The translations under genes were made by a program, and so were the position numbers. A stretch of 64,000 nt of DNA, from the NCBI GenBank assembly GCA_004431415.1, contig QPMI01000513.1, forward strand, positions 1 to 64,000, in the 5' to 3' direction. Origin of the DNA: Cyanophora paradoxa CCMP329 (taxonomy: Eukaryota; Plantae; Glaucophyta). Shown piece after piece: positions 10,839-21,400 of this stretch. Position 1 is the first letter of the stretch. Each line of letters starts with the position of its first letter. The notes beneath the pieces were generated by a model. It was given only the letters and a program-made list of their open reading frames with translations. It had not been told where the DNA came from and searched no databases.

Positions 10839-11906
10839 ATGGCCAAGGACCCCAAGAAGCCGAAGAAGCCGAAGGCGGCCAAGCCCCAGCCCGCCCAGCC
10901 CGCAGGCGCGGCCCCCGCGGCACCCGCCCCCGCCGGCCAGGCCTCGGGCTCGGGCTCGGGCACCGCCCCCGCCGCCGGCGCCAGCTGCGCCATGGGCATG
11001 ACAGAGGACGGCATGCAGCTCACGCCCGAGCAGGTCAACGCCTTCCTCGACAACTCGAAGACGGGCGGCATCGAGCGCATGGCCTGCCTGCCCGAACTTA
11101 AGTGGTTCGACGTGAACACCGTCAAGCCGACGCCACCGTCGTCTGCGTGGGCAAGCGGCGCACGGGCAAGTCCTTTTTCCTTCGCGATCTCATGTTCAAC
11201 CTCTCCGGCACCTTCCCGGGGGTATCGTAATCAGCCAGACCGATCGCCTGAACGGGTACTGGAAGCAGTACATCCCGCAGCGCTTCATCTGGCCCAAGTA
11301 CAACCCGGGGTGCTCTTCCATTTATTCAGGAGGCAGCAGGCGATCATGCAGCACAACAAGTCCGAAGACGTGCTCGCGGGAAAGGAGGATCCCGTCGACC
11401 CGCGATTTTTCGTGCTGCTCGACGACGTGATTTCCGACGCTCGGCTGCGGTACGACGAGGCCCTCAACGAGCTCTTCGTGGCGGGGCGCCACTACAAAAT
11501 CATGACCCTTATCACGACGCAGTATGCCAAGGGCATCAATCCCGTCCTGCGCTCCAATACTGATCTGGCTGTCATTTTCAAGTGCTCGCAGGCGATGCAG
11601 CGCGAGGCCCTCGCAAAGGAGTGGGGCGACATCATCTCCCAGCGCGCCTTCTACTACCTGCTCGACAAGTACACCCAGGACAACCACTGTCTCATCATCG
11701 ATTCTTCCAACAACTCTACGAACCCTCTGGACGTCCTTTACGTCTACAAGGCCGAGGAGCCGCCCCCCTTCCGCATCGGATCCAAGGAGTACTGGGAGGG
11801 CGAAACCGTCAACGGAGAAAATCTCGTGGGTCCGGACGACGGCACGGTGGACAAGACGCTCCTGGGCATGATAGATAATTTCAGGAAGCACCGCGGCCTC
11901 GCCTGA
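10839..11906 (+). CDS. A32-like genome packaging ATPase (three compensating single-base deletions at 11130-11310)
   Basis: Walker A VVCVGKRRTGKS lies in an alternative frame at about 11140-11175. Walker B FVLLDD, AGRHY and TTQY are in the main frame. Confidence 0.9.
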   Translation: MAKDPKKPKKPKAAKPQPAQPAGAAPAAPAPAGQASGSGSGTAPAAGASCAMGMTEDGMQLTPEQVNAFLDNSKTGGIERMACLPELKWFDVNTVKPTPPSSAWASGARASPFSFAISCSTSPAPSRGYRNQPDRSPERVLEAVHPAALHLAQVQPGVLFHLFRRQQAIMQHNKSEDVLAGKEDPVDPRFFVLLDDVISDARLRYDEALNELFVAGRHYKIMTLITTQYAKGINPVLRSNTDLAVIFKCSQAMQREALAKEWGDIISQRAFYYLLDKYTQDNHCLIIDSSNNSTNPLDVLYVYKAEEPPPFRIGSKEYWEGETVNGENLVGPDDGTVDKTLLGMIDNFRKHRGLA

Positions 11907-11932
11907 TTTTTTCTGAGGCTTCGTGCGTAAGC

Positions 11933-12283
11933 ATGTCGCCCAGCGCCCACATCGCCTCCGTCTTCCGCGTCGAGTCCATCGCCTACGACTGCCTCCTGGA
12001 GGCCAGCCTCGACCCCTCCTCGCCCTTCAACGACGGCGAGGTCAGCAGCGCCCTGGAGAGGATCTGCGACGCGCTGGGAATTAACTGGGAGCGCCTGACC
12101 GCGGAGGCGGCGGACGAGGCCGCGGCCGAGTCGCTGGGAAGCGAGGACACCAGCTCGGAGGAGATGACGGACGAGGAGGGAGACAGGGTTATTTACGTGC
12201 GCGACCCGGACGATTTTGCGACCTCGGAATCGGGCTCGGAGGAGGAGGCAGAGGAGACCGAGGACGAGGACTCCGACGCCTAG
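11933..12283 (+). CDS. Acidic hypothetical protein
   Basis: 116-aa ORF, E/D-rich tail, TTTTTTCT upstream. Confidence 0.55.
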   Translation: MSPSAHIASVFRVESIAYDCLLEASLDPSSPFNDGEVSSALERICDALGINWERLTAEAADEAAAESLGSEDTSSEEMTDEEGDRVIYVRDPDDFATSESGSEEEAEETEDEDSDA

Positions 12284-12318
12284 GCGCGCCCCTTAAAAAT
12301 TTCCGAGGCCCCAGGAAA

Positions 12319-12663
12319 ATGTCAAAGGTGCTCCTAGGGCTCTCCCAGGCTATCGTGCAGTACGCCCTCGGCCTGGCATCCGGCTCCCTCATCGACGCCG
12401 CCTTCTCCTCGCACGAAGGCGAAAACAGGACGGGCCACGCGGCCGAGCTCGCCGCGCAGGTCGCCGTCAACGGCCTCTCCCTCGGCCTGCTCTCGAAATA
12501 CGTGCTCACCCTCAAGTTTTTCGACGACGACCCCACGGGCGGAATTATGTTCATCCTCGGATTTACACACGGGCAGACGAACATGCTAATCAAGGCTACC
12601 AGCGCTAGCTTCGGAATCAAGCAGGCGCTCGAGCGGAAGGCCGCCGCGATCACTAAAGAGTAG
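12319..12663 (+). CDS. Putative membrane protein
   Basis: Several hydrophobic Gly-rich helices. Confidence 0.55.
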   Translation: MSKVLLGLSQAIVQYALGLASGSLIDAAFSSHEGENRTGHAAELAAQVAVNGLSLGLLSKYVLTLKFFDDDPTGGIMFILGFTHGQTNMLIKATSASFGIKQALERKAAAITKE

Positions 12664-13483
12664 GAAAGAAATGCCAGTCGTTGTACTCGCAGATCCTGTT
12701 CCAAATCGAATCTAACTCCGAGAGTTTCTGCCTGCTCTTGAGCAAGGGGAAAAAGGGGAGGTGCTGGGGCAAATCTAGCAGCACGAAAATCTGCCTGAAT
12801 ACGTAATTGTAGTTGAGCATGTTCTTCCTGCCCTGCGACTTGAACATGCTGAAGGGGACCTCCACCAGGGCGAACATCTCCTGCACCCGGTCCATATCCT
12901 CCGCGCTCATCGGAGGCGGGCGCTCGCCCGTGATGCGCCACTTGATCTGCGCCCAGCGCTCGATGTACTTCTGCTGCTTCAGAGCCCGGAGAACTTGGCG
13001 GATATTGTCTTTGCTCCACTCCTTCCCCGCCATGCGCCTCGCAATAGCTGCCAGCACGTCCTCGGGTACTGGAGAATCCTCCAGGCAGTGCTGCTTAAGT
13101 CGCTCGGAAACGTGGTACTTGCGCAGGTAGTTGCTGTGGAGCTCGCTGACAGCCAGGGGTTGATGGTCCGGATAATAAAAATCCAGGACCAGACCGCAGC
13201 TTTGGCAAACCAGATCCCCATCCAGGTGAACACCAACGAGGGCGGTAGAGCCGCAATTTCCGCAGGGGACAGCGGCTTCGCCTTGGGGGCCTTGCGTGCG
13301 GCGGTTGCGCTTGCGGGGGCGCTCTCCGGCCTTGAGGTAGGAGTTGGCGATGGCGGCGGCGGCGGCGGGGAACGGTGCCGGAGTGTCGAAGTCTGGGTCC
13401 CCCTCGTCGTGAAGGATGGCTCCGTAGCGCTGGATCTGCTCAAAGTTTCGGAGGAGGAGATCGATTTCGCCAGAGTCTGCCAT
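12653..13483 (-). CDS. Late transcription factor VLTF3 (poxvirus A2L-like)
   Basis: Zn ribbon CGNC...VCQSCG, YLRKYHVSE, RKNMLNYNYVFRQI, FPLLKSRQKL...DSIWNRIC...WHFFPTL. Confidence 0.93.
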   Translation of the reverse strand: MADSGEIDLLLRNFEQIQRYGAILHDEGDPDFDTPAPFPAAAAAIANSYLKAGERPRKRNRRTQGPQGEAAVPCGNCGSTALVGVHLDGDLVCQSCGLVLDFYYPDHQPLAVSELHSNYLRKYHVSERLKQHCLEDSPVPEDVLAAIARRMAGKEWSKDNIRQVLRALKQQKYIERWAQIKWRITGERPPPMSAEDMDRVQEMFALVEVPFSMFKSQGRKNMLNYNYVFRQIFVLLDLPQHLPFFPLLKSRQKLSELDSIWNRICEYNDWHFFPTL

Positions 13484-13714
13484 TCCTCCGAGTCCTCGTA
13501 CCGCAGCTGAGCGATTCCCTTGCAGAAGTGGCAAACGGGCTTCGCGCAATCGAGTGGGTCCCAGCCGCAGGTGAGCCCGCAGATGTGACAGAAGGCGTTG
13601 CTCAGGTGATTCATGTGAGGCTCAGGTGGTGCTCAGGTGAGGTGCGGACGTACCCCGGGGCCCCACGTGGAAGCTCACCCCAGCCTCGGAAAATTTTCTA
13701 GGCCTTGGTCTGAC

Positions 13715-14557
13715 ATGCTCAACCTCATCGCGAGGGGCGTAGCAGCAAACAGGCAAGCCCGGGCACCGAACCCGCACCTCCGCATGGACGCCTCCGGCCG
13801 CTCCCGGGTAGAGACTCACATCGTAGTGGGCAACATCAACGACAAGGTGCTGGCACCCGACAAGACGTGGTTCCAGAAGGTGCTGGACGCGGCGCCCGTG
13901 AGGAAACTGAACGGGGAGGATCGGCCGCAGCGCGAGTCGAATTTCATGATCACCATCCAGACCAACTACAAGCCGCGGAGCAGGGGAGAGGGCTCCAAGG
14001 TGCAGGACGCGTTTCACAGGGGGCTGGAGGCCCTCTTCTACGACGACAGGCAGCTGGCGCGGTGCATAAAGATGGGGGTGTACCCCGACAAGGCGAACCC
14101 CAAGGGCTTCGATTTCAAGTCCGACCAGTACGACACGCACGTGGAGAGGGGCAACGCGAACATCGGCATCGAGTACGGGCCGCGGTCGGGGCGGCTCCAC
14201 GCGCACATCCTGCTCACGCTGGTGCACTACTCGCGCGTGCAATTCGACGGCAAGCGGGCGTCGGATTTCCTCATCAAGTTCATGCAAACGGAGGGACAGG
14301 GCGGCCTGCCGAATTTCTACAAGGACGACTGGTTCGGGGAGGAGTACCAGAAGACGGCGGTGCGGCCGATACGGAGAAAGGACGCCCTCGGCATGCAGTG
14401 GACGGGCAAGGAGACGGGCTACAGGAAGCGAGAAACCGCCAGGCAGATGCACGTAGACGTAAAATTGCTGCCGCAGAGCAACCTTAAGGATCTGCTGCAG
14501 CTGTACATTACGAAGACGGTAGAGGCCCTCGAGACGGGCGCTGTAAAGCTCGTGTAA
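13715..14557 (+). CDS. HUH (rolling-circle Rep-like) endonuclease 1
   Basis: Motif I SNFMITIQTN, motif II IEYGPRSGRLHAHILL, motif III LQLYITK. AAAATTTTCT about 15 nt upstream of the ATG at 13715. Confidence 0.8.
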   Translation: MLNLIARGVAANRQARAPNPHLRMDASGRSRVETHIVVGNINDKVLAPDKTWFQKVLDAAPVRKLNGEDRPQRESNFMITIQTNYKPRSRGEGSKVQDAFHRGLEALFYDDRQLARCIKMGVYPDKANPKGFDFKSDQYDTHVERGNANIGIEYGPRSGRLHAHILLTLVHYSRVQFDGKRASDFLIKFMQTEGQGGLPNFYKDDWFGEEYQKTAVRPIRRKDALGMQWTGKETGYRKRETARQMHVDVKLLPQSNLKDLLQLYITKTVEALETGAVKLV

Positions 14558-14580
14558 ATTTTTTCTCGTGTCCAATAAAT

Positions 14581-16610
14581 ATGCCTCCGAAGCGCCGAGG
14601 CCGCAAGAAGAAGCCAGAGAGCTCGAGCGAGTCAGAGGAAGAGGAGCCCACGTCCCCGTCCTCCGAGTCGGAGGAAGAAGAGGAGGAAGAGGAAGAGGAG
14701 CCGGAGCCTAAGCCGAAGGGCAAGGGCAAGGGGAAGGGAAAGGGAAAGGCAAAGGGAAACGCGCCCGATACCGGCGTGGACGAGCTCGAGACGCCCGTCG
14801 TTGAGATTCCGAAGCGATACGTGCTGGTGCAGGGCGAGGATGGCATATTCCAGCAGCAGAAGAGCATATCCGATTACATCAAGCTCTCGGCCACCAAAGA
14901 AGTTCAGATGCTCCCATCGCTGCTCGATAAATCATACCACGAGCCCGCAACCCTCTGGAGCATCCACAGCGAAATCGAGTACGATAAACTCCCCGAGGAG
15001 CGACTGCGCGCCATACCGCGCACGTACCAGAGCGCGCAGAAATCGCCGCCGATCTGCTACCGCTGCCTTCGCCTCATGTACGAGGCCACGCCCGTGCCGA
15101 GCGCCAAGGGGGCCAACACGCCAGAGAAAATCGCCGCGAGGGAGGCAGCGCAGGCGAGGAAGGATGCCGTGTACGAAGAGTACATTGCAGTCATAGAGAA
15201 GGCAAACGCGTGGGCAGCCAAGCAAAACGGCAAGGGAAAGAAAAAGGGCCAGGAGCCGTACCCCCTCATCAAGGACAAGAAGCCGGCGCAGGTGCCCACG
15301 GTGTCGCCCAGAAACTCGTGGCTCTGCCAGAAGTGCGTCACGCTGCTCGGCAACAAGGGCCTGCTCGTGATCTTGGGCCTGCAGAGGCGAAAGAGGGGCG
15401 ACACGGCCACCGTCTCCAAGCAGACGCGCGACCACATGGTCGAGAGCGTGCTCGGCGGGCCGAAGCCAAAGACCACGAAAAAGGCAAAGGATACGGCCGC
15501 TGACTTCGGATCGTCCGTCATCGAGCCCAACTCCGCACAGTCGAAAATCAGAAAGGCGAAAATCGTGGCGCCGAGCATGGAAGATTTAATGGCAACCTTC
15601 GCGGACGCGCAAGAGGTGAAGCAGAACATAGAGAAGGCGAAAACGGGACTGCAGGCGGCGCAGGCAAACGGGCTGGAGGCGCTCGAGAAGGTGATCACGG
15701 AAATCAGCGAGACGGGGCGGTCGGTCTTCATCCTCAACAAAAAGAATCCCGACGGAAGCACGCGGTACGACATACGACAGGCGCGCCAGTCGCGCTACTG
15801 GGTGCTCTTCAACACACACAAGCGCCTGGGAGAGGCGCGAGAATTCGAGGCGGCGGCGCTGCGCGACAGCCTCGCAGAGGTGCTCTCGGACGCAGAATTC
15901 TACAAGTTCATCCGCTTCAATTTGAAGGAGGAGAACGGCAAGTACAAGGACGACACGTACGCCAACGCAATCATCGGAATTCGCGTGCAAGGGGGCGTGG
16001 AGGTGGGGCCGACGGACGGGGCGCTGCACGCCCACGTGCTGGTGACGATCGATCACATATCGAACCTGCAGGTGCTGTGGGCGAATTACGACTGGGTGGT
16101 GCTGCTCAAGGAGAAGGAGCCGGGCACCACGACGGTGTACGAGCGGCTGCACCAAATTCTGTCCGCGAAATTCACGGCGGCCGGGCAGCGCCTCGTAGAC
16201 CAGAAGAGGCAGAGGCAGGACCTCAGCCGAGCATCGATACGATGGTGGAAATTGCAGAGCTCGAGCGCATGCTGACGGAAGAGAAGATAGGCATGGGGAA
16301 AGATCCGCCCACCGTCCTTGCGTCGCTGATTCCGGAGGAAAATTACGCGAGCAAGCTGCAGGAGTACCTCTCGAAGACGCTGCCCGACAAGCAGAGGCGC
16401 GATTTACTGAAAGAGTGGTCGCACGCGCGAAACACGAACAACACCGACAACAACACGGACGGGTACCTCTTCACGATTTTCCAGGCGGACGCCGGCCAGG
16501 CGGACGACCCCCGCTTTGCGCCGCAGGCCGCGGAAATCGGCGATCTGAGGGCCAGGGGCCGAGGGCGCGGAAAGGGCAAGGGGCGCGGAAGGGGCAGGGG
16601 TAGCGGGTAA
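14581..16610 (+). CDS. HUH endonuclease 2 with acidic/KG-rich N-terminus, Zn finger and RG tail (frameshift near 16200)
   Basis: Motif I SRYWVLFNTH, motif II VEVGPTDGALHAHVLV, motif III LIPEENYASKLQEYLSK in the 16077-16610 frame, which aligns with LLPQSNLKDLLQLYITK of HUH1. Also CYRC...CQKC. Confidence 0.75.
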
Positions 16611-16631
16611 TTGTTCTGACGCGCCCGCAAG

Positions 16632-17024
16632 ATGTTCGAGGGGGCATGCACCCACTCGGACGTCATCACCGTAATCTGCGGCGCGCTCTTCCTGGTTTCC
16701 GAGCTCCTGGGCGGCACGGAGCGCGTGCGTCCCAACACCGTGCTGGGCGCCCTGAAGGCGGCGGCCCTGAGGGTCGTGCGTCGCGGCGAGCCCGAGCCCG
16801 AGCCCCCACCCGAGCAGCAGAGGCGCGAGAGCGTGCAGGCGATCGGCCCGCACCACGTGGACATCCAGATGACGCAGACCGGTACGCGTTTTTTTCTAGA
16901 GAACATGGGAAATGGAGACTCCCGCGACAACAGCCCCCAGCGCAGAGGCTCCGTCGTCCTGCCCCGGCAGCAGCAGCAACAGTACGAGCACCAGCACCAG
17001 CACAGCGTTCCCTTGGCTTCTTAG
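16632..17024 (+). CDS. Small membrane protein
   Basis: N-terminal hydrophobic VITVICGALFLVSELLG...PNTV; C-terminal extent uncertain. Confidence 0.5.
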   Translation: MFEGACTHSDVITVICGALFLVSELLGGTERVRPNTVLGALKAAALRVVRRGEPEPEPPPEQQRRESVQAIGPHHVDIQMTQTGTRFFLENMGNGDSRDNSPQRRGSVVLPRQQQQQYEHQHQHSVPLAS

Positions 17025-17283
17025 GACTTACGCGCGAAAGAAGCAGCAGCAGCCGAAGGAGCCGGCCGAAATGGCGGCTGACCTGGATCGGTGCACCCGC
17101 CGCGCCATCGCGAGCTACGCCAAGCGGGTCGAGCAGTACCACCCCCAGATGGCAGAGGACGCCAGGGCGTACGCGAAAAACCCCGCCGCGAGCCCGCCCG
17201 TGATGGCCGCCGTCATCGACCGGCTGCAGTGGGCGCTGCACGAGGAGGGGGAGCGGGTGAGGAATTTCTTCATGCCCAAGTAA
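16912..17283 (+). CDS. Hypothetical protein
   Basis: TTTTTTCT motif upstream; stop overlaps the next motif. Confidence 0.55.
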   Translation: METPATTAPSAEAPSSCPGSSSNSTSTSTSTAFPWLLRTYARKKQQQPKEPAEMAADLDRCTRRAIASYAKRVEQYHPQMAEDARAYAKNPAASPPVMAAVIDRLQWALHEEGERVRNFFMPK

Positions 17284-17305
17284 ATTTCTGAATGGGCCCT
17301 TAACA

Positions 17306-17494
17306 ATGTCGTCCATGCTCCCGAGCCTCGATGATATCACCAGCGATTCCCGCTACCTGGGCAGCCTGCTGACCCTCGGCGCGGTCGCCTACATGTCGCC
17401 CGCGCGCTACTACCTCGTGCGGATCCTCGCCGCGCAGTTCGCGGGCTACTACTTCGTGGGGCCCTACCTCCTCAACGGCCTGAGGAAGGCATAA
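17306..17494 (+). CDS. Small two-TM membrane protein
   Basis: Two hydrophobic segments; TAAATTTCT motif upstream. Confidence 0.6.
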   Translation: MSSMLPSLDDITSDSRYLGSLLTLGAVAYMSPARYYLVRILAAQFAGYYFVGPYLLNGLRKA

Positions 17495-17517
17495 TTTCTC
17501 AGGCCCCTTCCTAAATA

Positions 17518-17967
17518 ATGTCCTGCGTCAACCTCTACGTCCAGTCGAACGGAGAGACGCAGGATTCCGAGGGCTTCTGGCGCCTCAGGCTGAACCAGAT
17601 CCCCGCCGACATCGACACGCTGCAGATCAAGGGCTTCTACCTGGAGCTGGACACGACCGCGATTCCGGACCCCACCGCCGCGAAAACCGTCAACGTTCTG
17701 CTGATGGACGTGCCCGACTTGAACGTCACGACCATCTCGAACGTCAACACGTGCATCAACAAGGTCGTGATCCCGACGTGGGGCCACGACGGCCTCGAGA
17801 ACACCATCCTCTACTGGTTCGAGGTGCCCATGGCCGTGCGCCCCAACTACGTCGCGTACGACAAGTTCCAGGAGCTGCGCGTGCGCTTCACCGACATCAC
17901 GGGCGCCACCAAGAAGAACAACGCCTTCATCGTCAAGAACTTCGGCCTCTGGGCCTTTGCGAAATAG
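17518..17967 (+). CDS. Minor capsid (penton) protein, single jelly-roll
   Basis: VNLYVQS...WRLRL...LLMDVPDL...ELRVRFTDITG resembles the core of the two pentons in the PLV, without their insertion domain. Confidence 0.6.
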   Translation: MSCVNLYVQSNGETQDSEGFWRLRLNQIPADIDTLQIKGFYLELDTTAIPDPTAAKTVNVLLMDVPDLNVTTISNVNTCINKVVIPTWGHDGLENTILYWFEVPMAVRPNYVAYDKFQELRVRFTDITGATKKNNAFIVKNFGLWAFAK

Positions 17968-17987
17968 ATTTTCGCAGGCCCCCTTAA

Positions 17988-18464
17988 ATGCGCCTGATCA
18001 TATTTCCGCGGAAGGGCTCGGGTGTCAAGACGCGCACCTTTGCGGGCGTGCCAGGCTACCCCTCGCCCCTCACTTACAGAGTCGATCTTGTAACCGCCTC
18101 TGGTCCAATTAAATACGGGCTGCTGCACAGCCTCAGTCACATCCGTCTCGGCGAGAGCGCATGGCAGGACCTGGCCTTAATCGTAGAATTCGAGTACAGG
18201 GGGGTAGACACGCTCACGGGCGAGCACTTCTACAGGGTACGGGTAGCGAGGGAGGGGTACTCGCTGCCGAACGGCACGGGCGGGGAATACTGGGAGCCGA
18301 AAATACGCGACGCCTCCGAGGCCTACCGCTGGCTGCGCGACGAGCAGATCGTTGTCAGGCCCGATTACCCCTACGCCGACGTTTTCTGGCAGGTGCCGGC
18401 GGGCCAGTGGACGACGGGCGAGGTGAGCGGCAAGCTTAAGTGGACCTGGGAGGCGGAGCGCTAG
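17988..18464 (+). CDS. Hypothetical protein
   Basis: 158-aa ORF in the structural gene string with upstream motif. Confidence 0.6.
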   Translation: MRLIIFPRKGSGVKTRTFAGVPGYPSPLTYRVDLVTASGPIKYGLLHSLSHIRLGESAWQDLALIVEFEYRGVDTLTGEHFYRVRVAREGYSLPNGTGGEYWEPKIRDASEAYRWLRDEQIVVRPDYPYADVFWQVPAGQWTTGEVSGKLKWTWEAER

Positions 18465-18490
18465 TTAATTTTTCTCTCTCGCGAATAGAA

Positions 18491-21400
18491 ATGTCGATGC
18501 TTGCAGACCCCTGGCGCATGGCCATCCCGAATCCCGACGAGGTGCTGAACGGCGCCTTCGCGATAGACGGGAGCCTGAGCGTGAGGGGAATTTACGCGGA
18601 CGAGATTCGGCTGCGGCAGGGATCCACGTACAACGATTTCCTGACGACCATAGGCTCGCTGGCGGACTACGGGGACCTCACCGCAATTATCAAGGGGCTC
18701 TGGGGGGTCACGACCGAGACGGGCGTGGACTGGAACATTATTAAGAGGGCGGCCGACGTGAAAATCGCAAACTCCGTCACCGCAAAGGATGCCACCCTCA
18801 ACCTCGTAAAACTGACTCTAAAGGGCGCAGAGGGGGACGTGAGGCCCGGGTACAACGCCCTCGAGCGCATCGCGGGCCCATTGCGCCACATCTACTGGAG
18901 CCGACAGGCGCTGCCGAGCATGGAGCCCGAGCAGTACAGGCGCGACAGGGAGGAGTTTTTCGCGTGGTTCGACCACTTCAAGGTCAACATCCGCGCCCTG
19001 AGCGCCGACAGGACGGGCGAGACGCCGGAGACGACGGGCGGGGGCCGCATCCCAACGGCGCCCGACGTGCTCCCCGATCGCTCGGACTGGGCGAAGACGC
19101 AGAACTGGGCGCTGAAGGACCACTTCCACGACGAGAGGTACGCCCTCGTCAAGCACCCGCACGTGAAGGCCGACATCACGGACTGGGCGCACCGCCACCT
19201 GTACGACGACATCATCGGCGGGCCCAAGGTGCCGGGTGCGATTCCGGGTGGGGTACGGGTGGTGGAAGCACGGGAGGTGGGGTACAGGCACCGGGGGTGG
19301 GGTACAGGCACCGGGGGTGGGGTACAGGCACGGGGGCGGAGGGGGCTCCAGCGGCACGCCAGTGGGCGGGGGCGGGGCAGCAGCGGCTCGGGTGGCGGCG
19401 GCTCAGGCGGGGAGGGCATGGATAAGGTAGCAGGCCTCGCCACTTCAACGGCCATCTTCGGGGCGCCCTCATCGTAGGCGGCATCAAATACTACAAGGAT
19501 CGGAAGGGGTTCGTGAGGCAAATCGACGAGCTGAACGCGAGACCCCCCATTAAATTCGATACCGAGGACGCGCAGCGCGAGTACTACAAACTCGAGAACG
19601 AAAAGAAGCAATGGAGCGAGCTGAAAGACAAGGAAATGACAGAGGTCGCGGAGAAGAAGGCGGAAGCGAACAAGCTGATGACAGACGCGCAAAGGCAAGA
19701 AGAGAGCGCCCTCACGGCGCTAAGGTCGGCAGAGCGCCAGGTCGCGGAAGAGCGCACAAAAATGATACTCGATGCCGAGGAGGAGCTGAAGAGGATAAAC
19801 GAGCAAAGGGAAGCCGCCAAGGCGAAAAAGCTGCAGGAAATTGAAGCGCTGACCGCAGGCACCGAGCTGCTTGAGGCGCAGAGGAAAGAGATCGAGGATA
19901 GGAAGAAGAAATTGGAAAAGGAGGCAGAAACGAGAAGGCAGCTGCTGGAAGAGGAAGAGGAAACGAGGAGAAAGGCAGGAGAGCTGCAAACGGGGGCGGT
20001 GCAGGAGGCGAACAGGCTCCGGGAGGAAATCAAAAATTTAAAGGAGGCCGCCGAGCGCGCGGACGAGCAGTCGAAAAAATTCAAGGCCAACGCGGACGGG
20101 CTGGCACAGAGGCTGCTCAAGTACGCGGCCACCGCAGAGGCACGCTCGCCCATGGGGACGGCCGAGACGCAGACGACGCCGAGGCCCGATCCGAGGCCGG
20201 CCGCCGAGAGGCTGCCCTTCGCGCGGCTGGGTAGGAGCGACCAGGTGGAAGAGCTCATTGGCCTCACGCTCGAGGATCAGAGGGCCCTCTTCGACGCGTT
20301 AGAGCAGCGGCGCAGGGCGGACGAGGAGGCAGCTGCCAAGACAGAAGAGGAACGACTGAAGGCAATGCAAACTGCATCAGACGAGGAATTTGCACGGCTG
20401 GAGGAGCCGAAGGTAGCGGAGCGTAAGCAACGACTGGAGACGTTCAGGGGGGCGCAGATGGATTTTTACCGCTCGGAGCTCAAAAAACTCGCAGATGGAA
20501 AAGCATCAGGGGACAGGGTCCGCGCCATGGAAGAGAACATGCGCGACTTTAGCTACGTTATGGATCAGCTGACGGGAAGGGGTCAGAAAGACGCCGAAGA
20601 ACTGAGGAGAAAGATGGCCGATGAGAAGTGGAAAAACTTTGAGCGTCAGGCTGTTCAGAGGCCCATCAGCGATGCCATCTGGATAGCATACGGCGACGTG
20701 GAGGAGATGCACCGCGAACTGCGGACGGAAGTGAGCCTATGGCGGGGAGCCCTGGAATGGTCACTGTACCGGATGCAAAAGGGAAAGTTTGTGGCAGAGC
20801 TGCGAGCCAATCCGAAAACGGTGAGCATCGGCGCACAGAGCGCGTATGTCGGCATGGTCAATTACGTGGAGAAGCTGAGCAAGTTTTGGGAAAAGCGAAG
20901 AGCCGTCATTCCAGCGGAGGGGCTTGCACAGTACGACGCCATGGTGCGCGATCTGGAGGCCTTTAAACGTGAGCATCCACCCGCCAAATACAAGCTTTAC
21001 ATAGATACAACGGCGTTCATAGGCGATCTAAGGAAGAGAGGAGACGAGGCCAAGAGTCAGATCGAGGAGCGCTACAGAAAGGCCCAAGCGGACAAGGAGT
21101 ACGCAAACAGGGTGATCGAAGAGCGGAAGCAGCAAGCCAAGGAGAACGCGGCGAGACGCAACGCCGAGATAGAAGAGCAGAGGCGGAAGATCGCAGAGCG
21201 CAAGGCGGCAGAGGAAGAGGCAAGAAAGACCAAGGTAGAGACAGAGTACCAAGCATTGAAACGGGAGGCCAATCAACTGTTAAAAAGGAGGGGAAGGGCC
21301 TACGCCGACGAGGGCGCGGGCGTGGGCTCGGCCAGCCCGGACGATATCACGCTCGCGGAGAGGGACGACGTTTCCGTGGAGGAAATGCGCCCGGGCACAG

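Noticed and set aside
12979-13614. 211-aa ORF with N-terminal CHIC...CHFC overlapping VLTF3
   Set aside because: Only the first ~45 aa look real; cannot tell whether it is a separate Zn-finger gene or a frameshifted VLTF3 extension.
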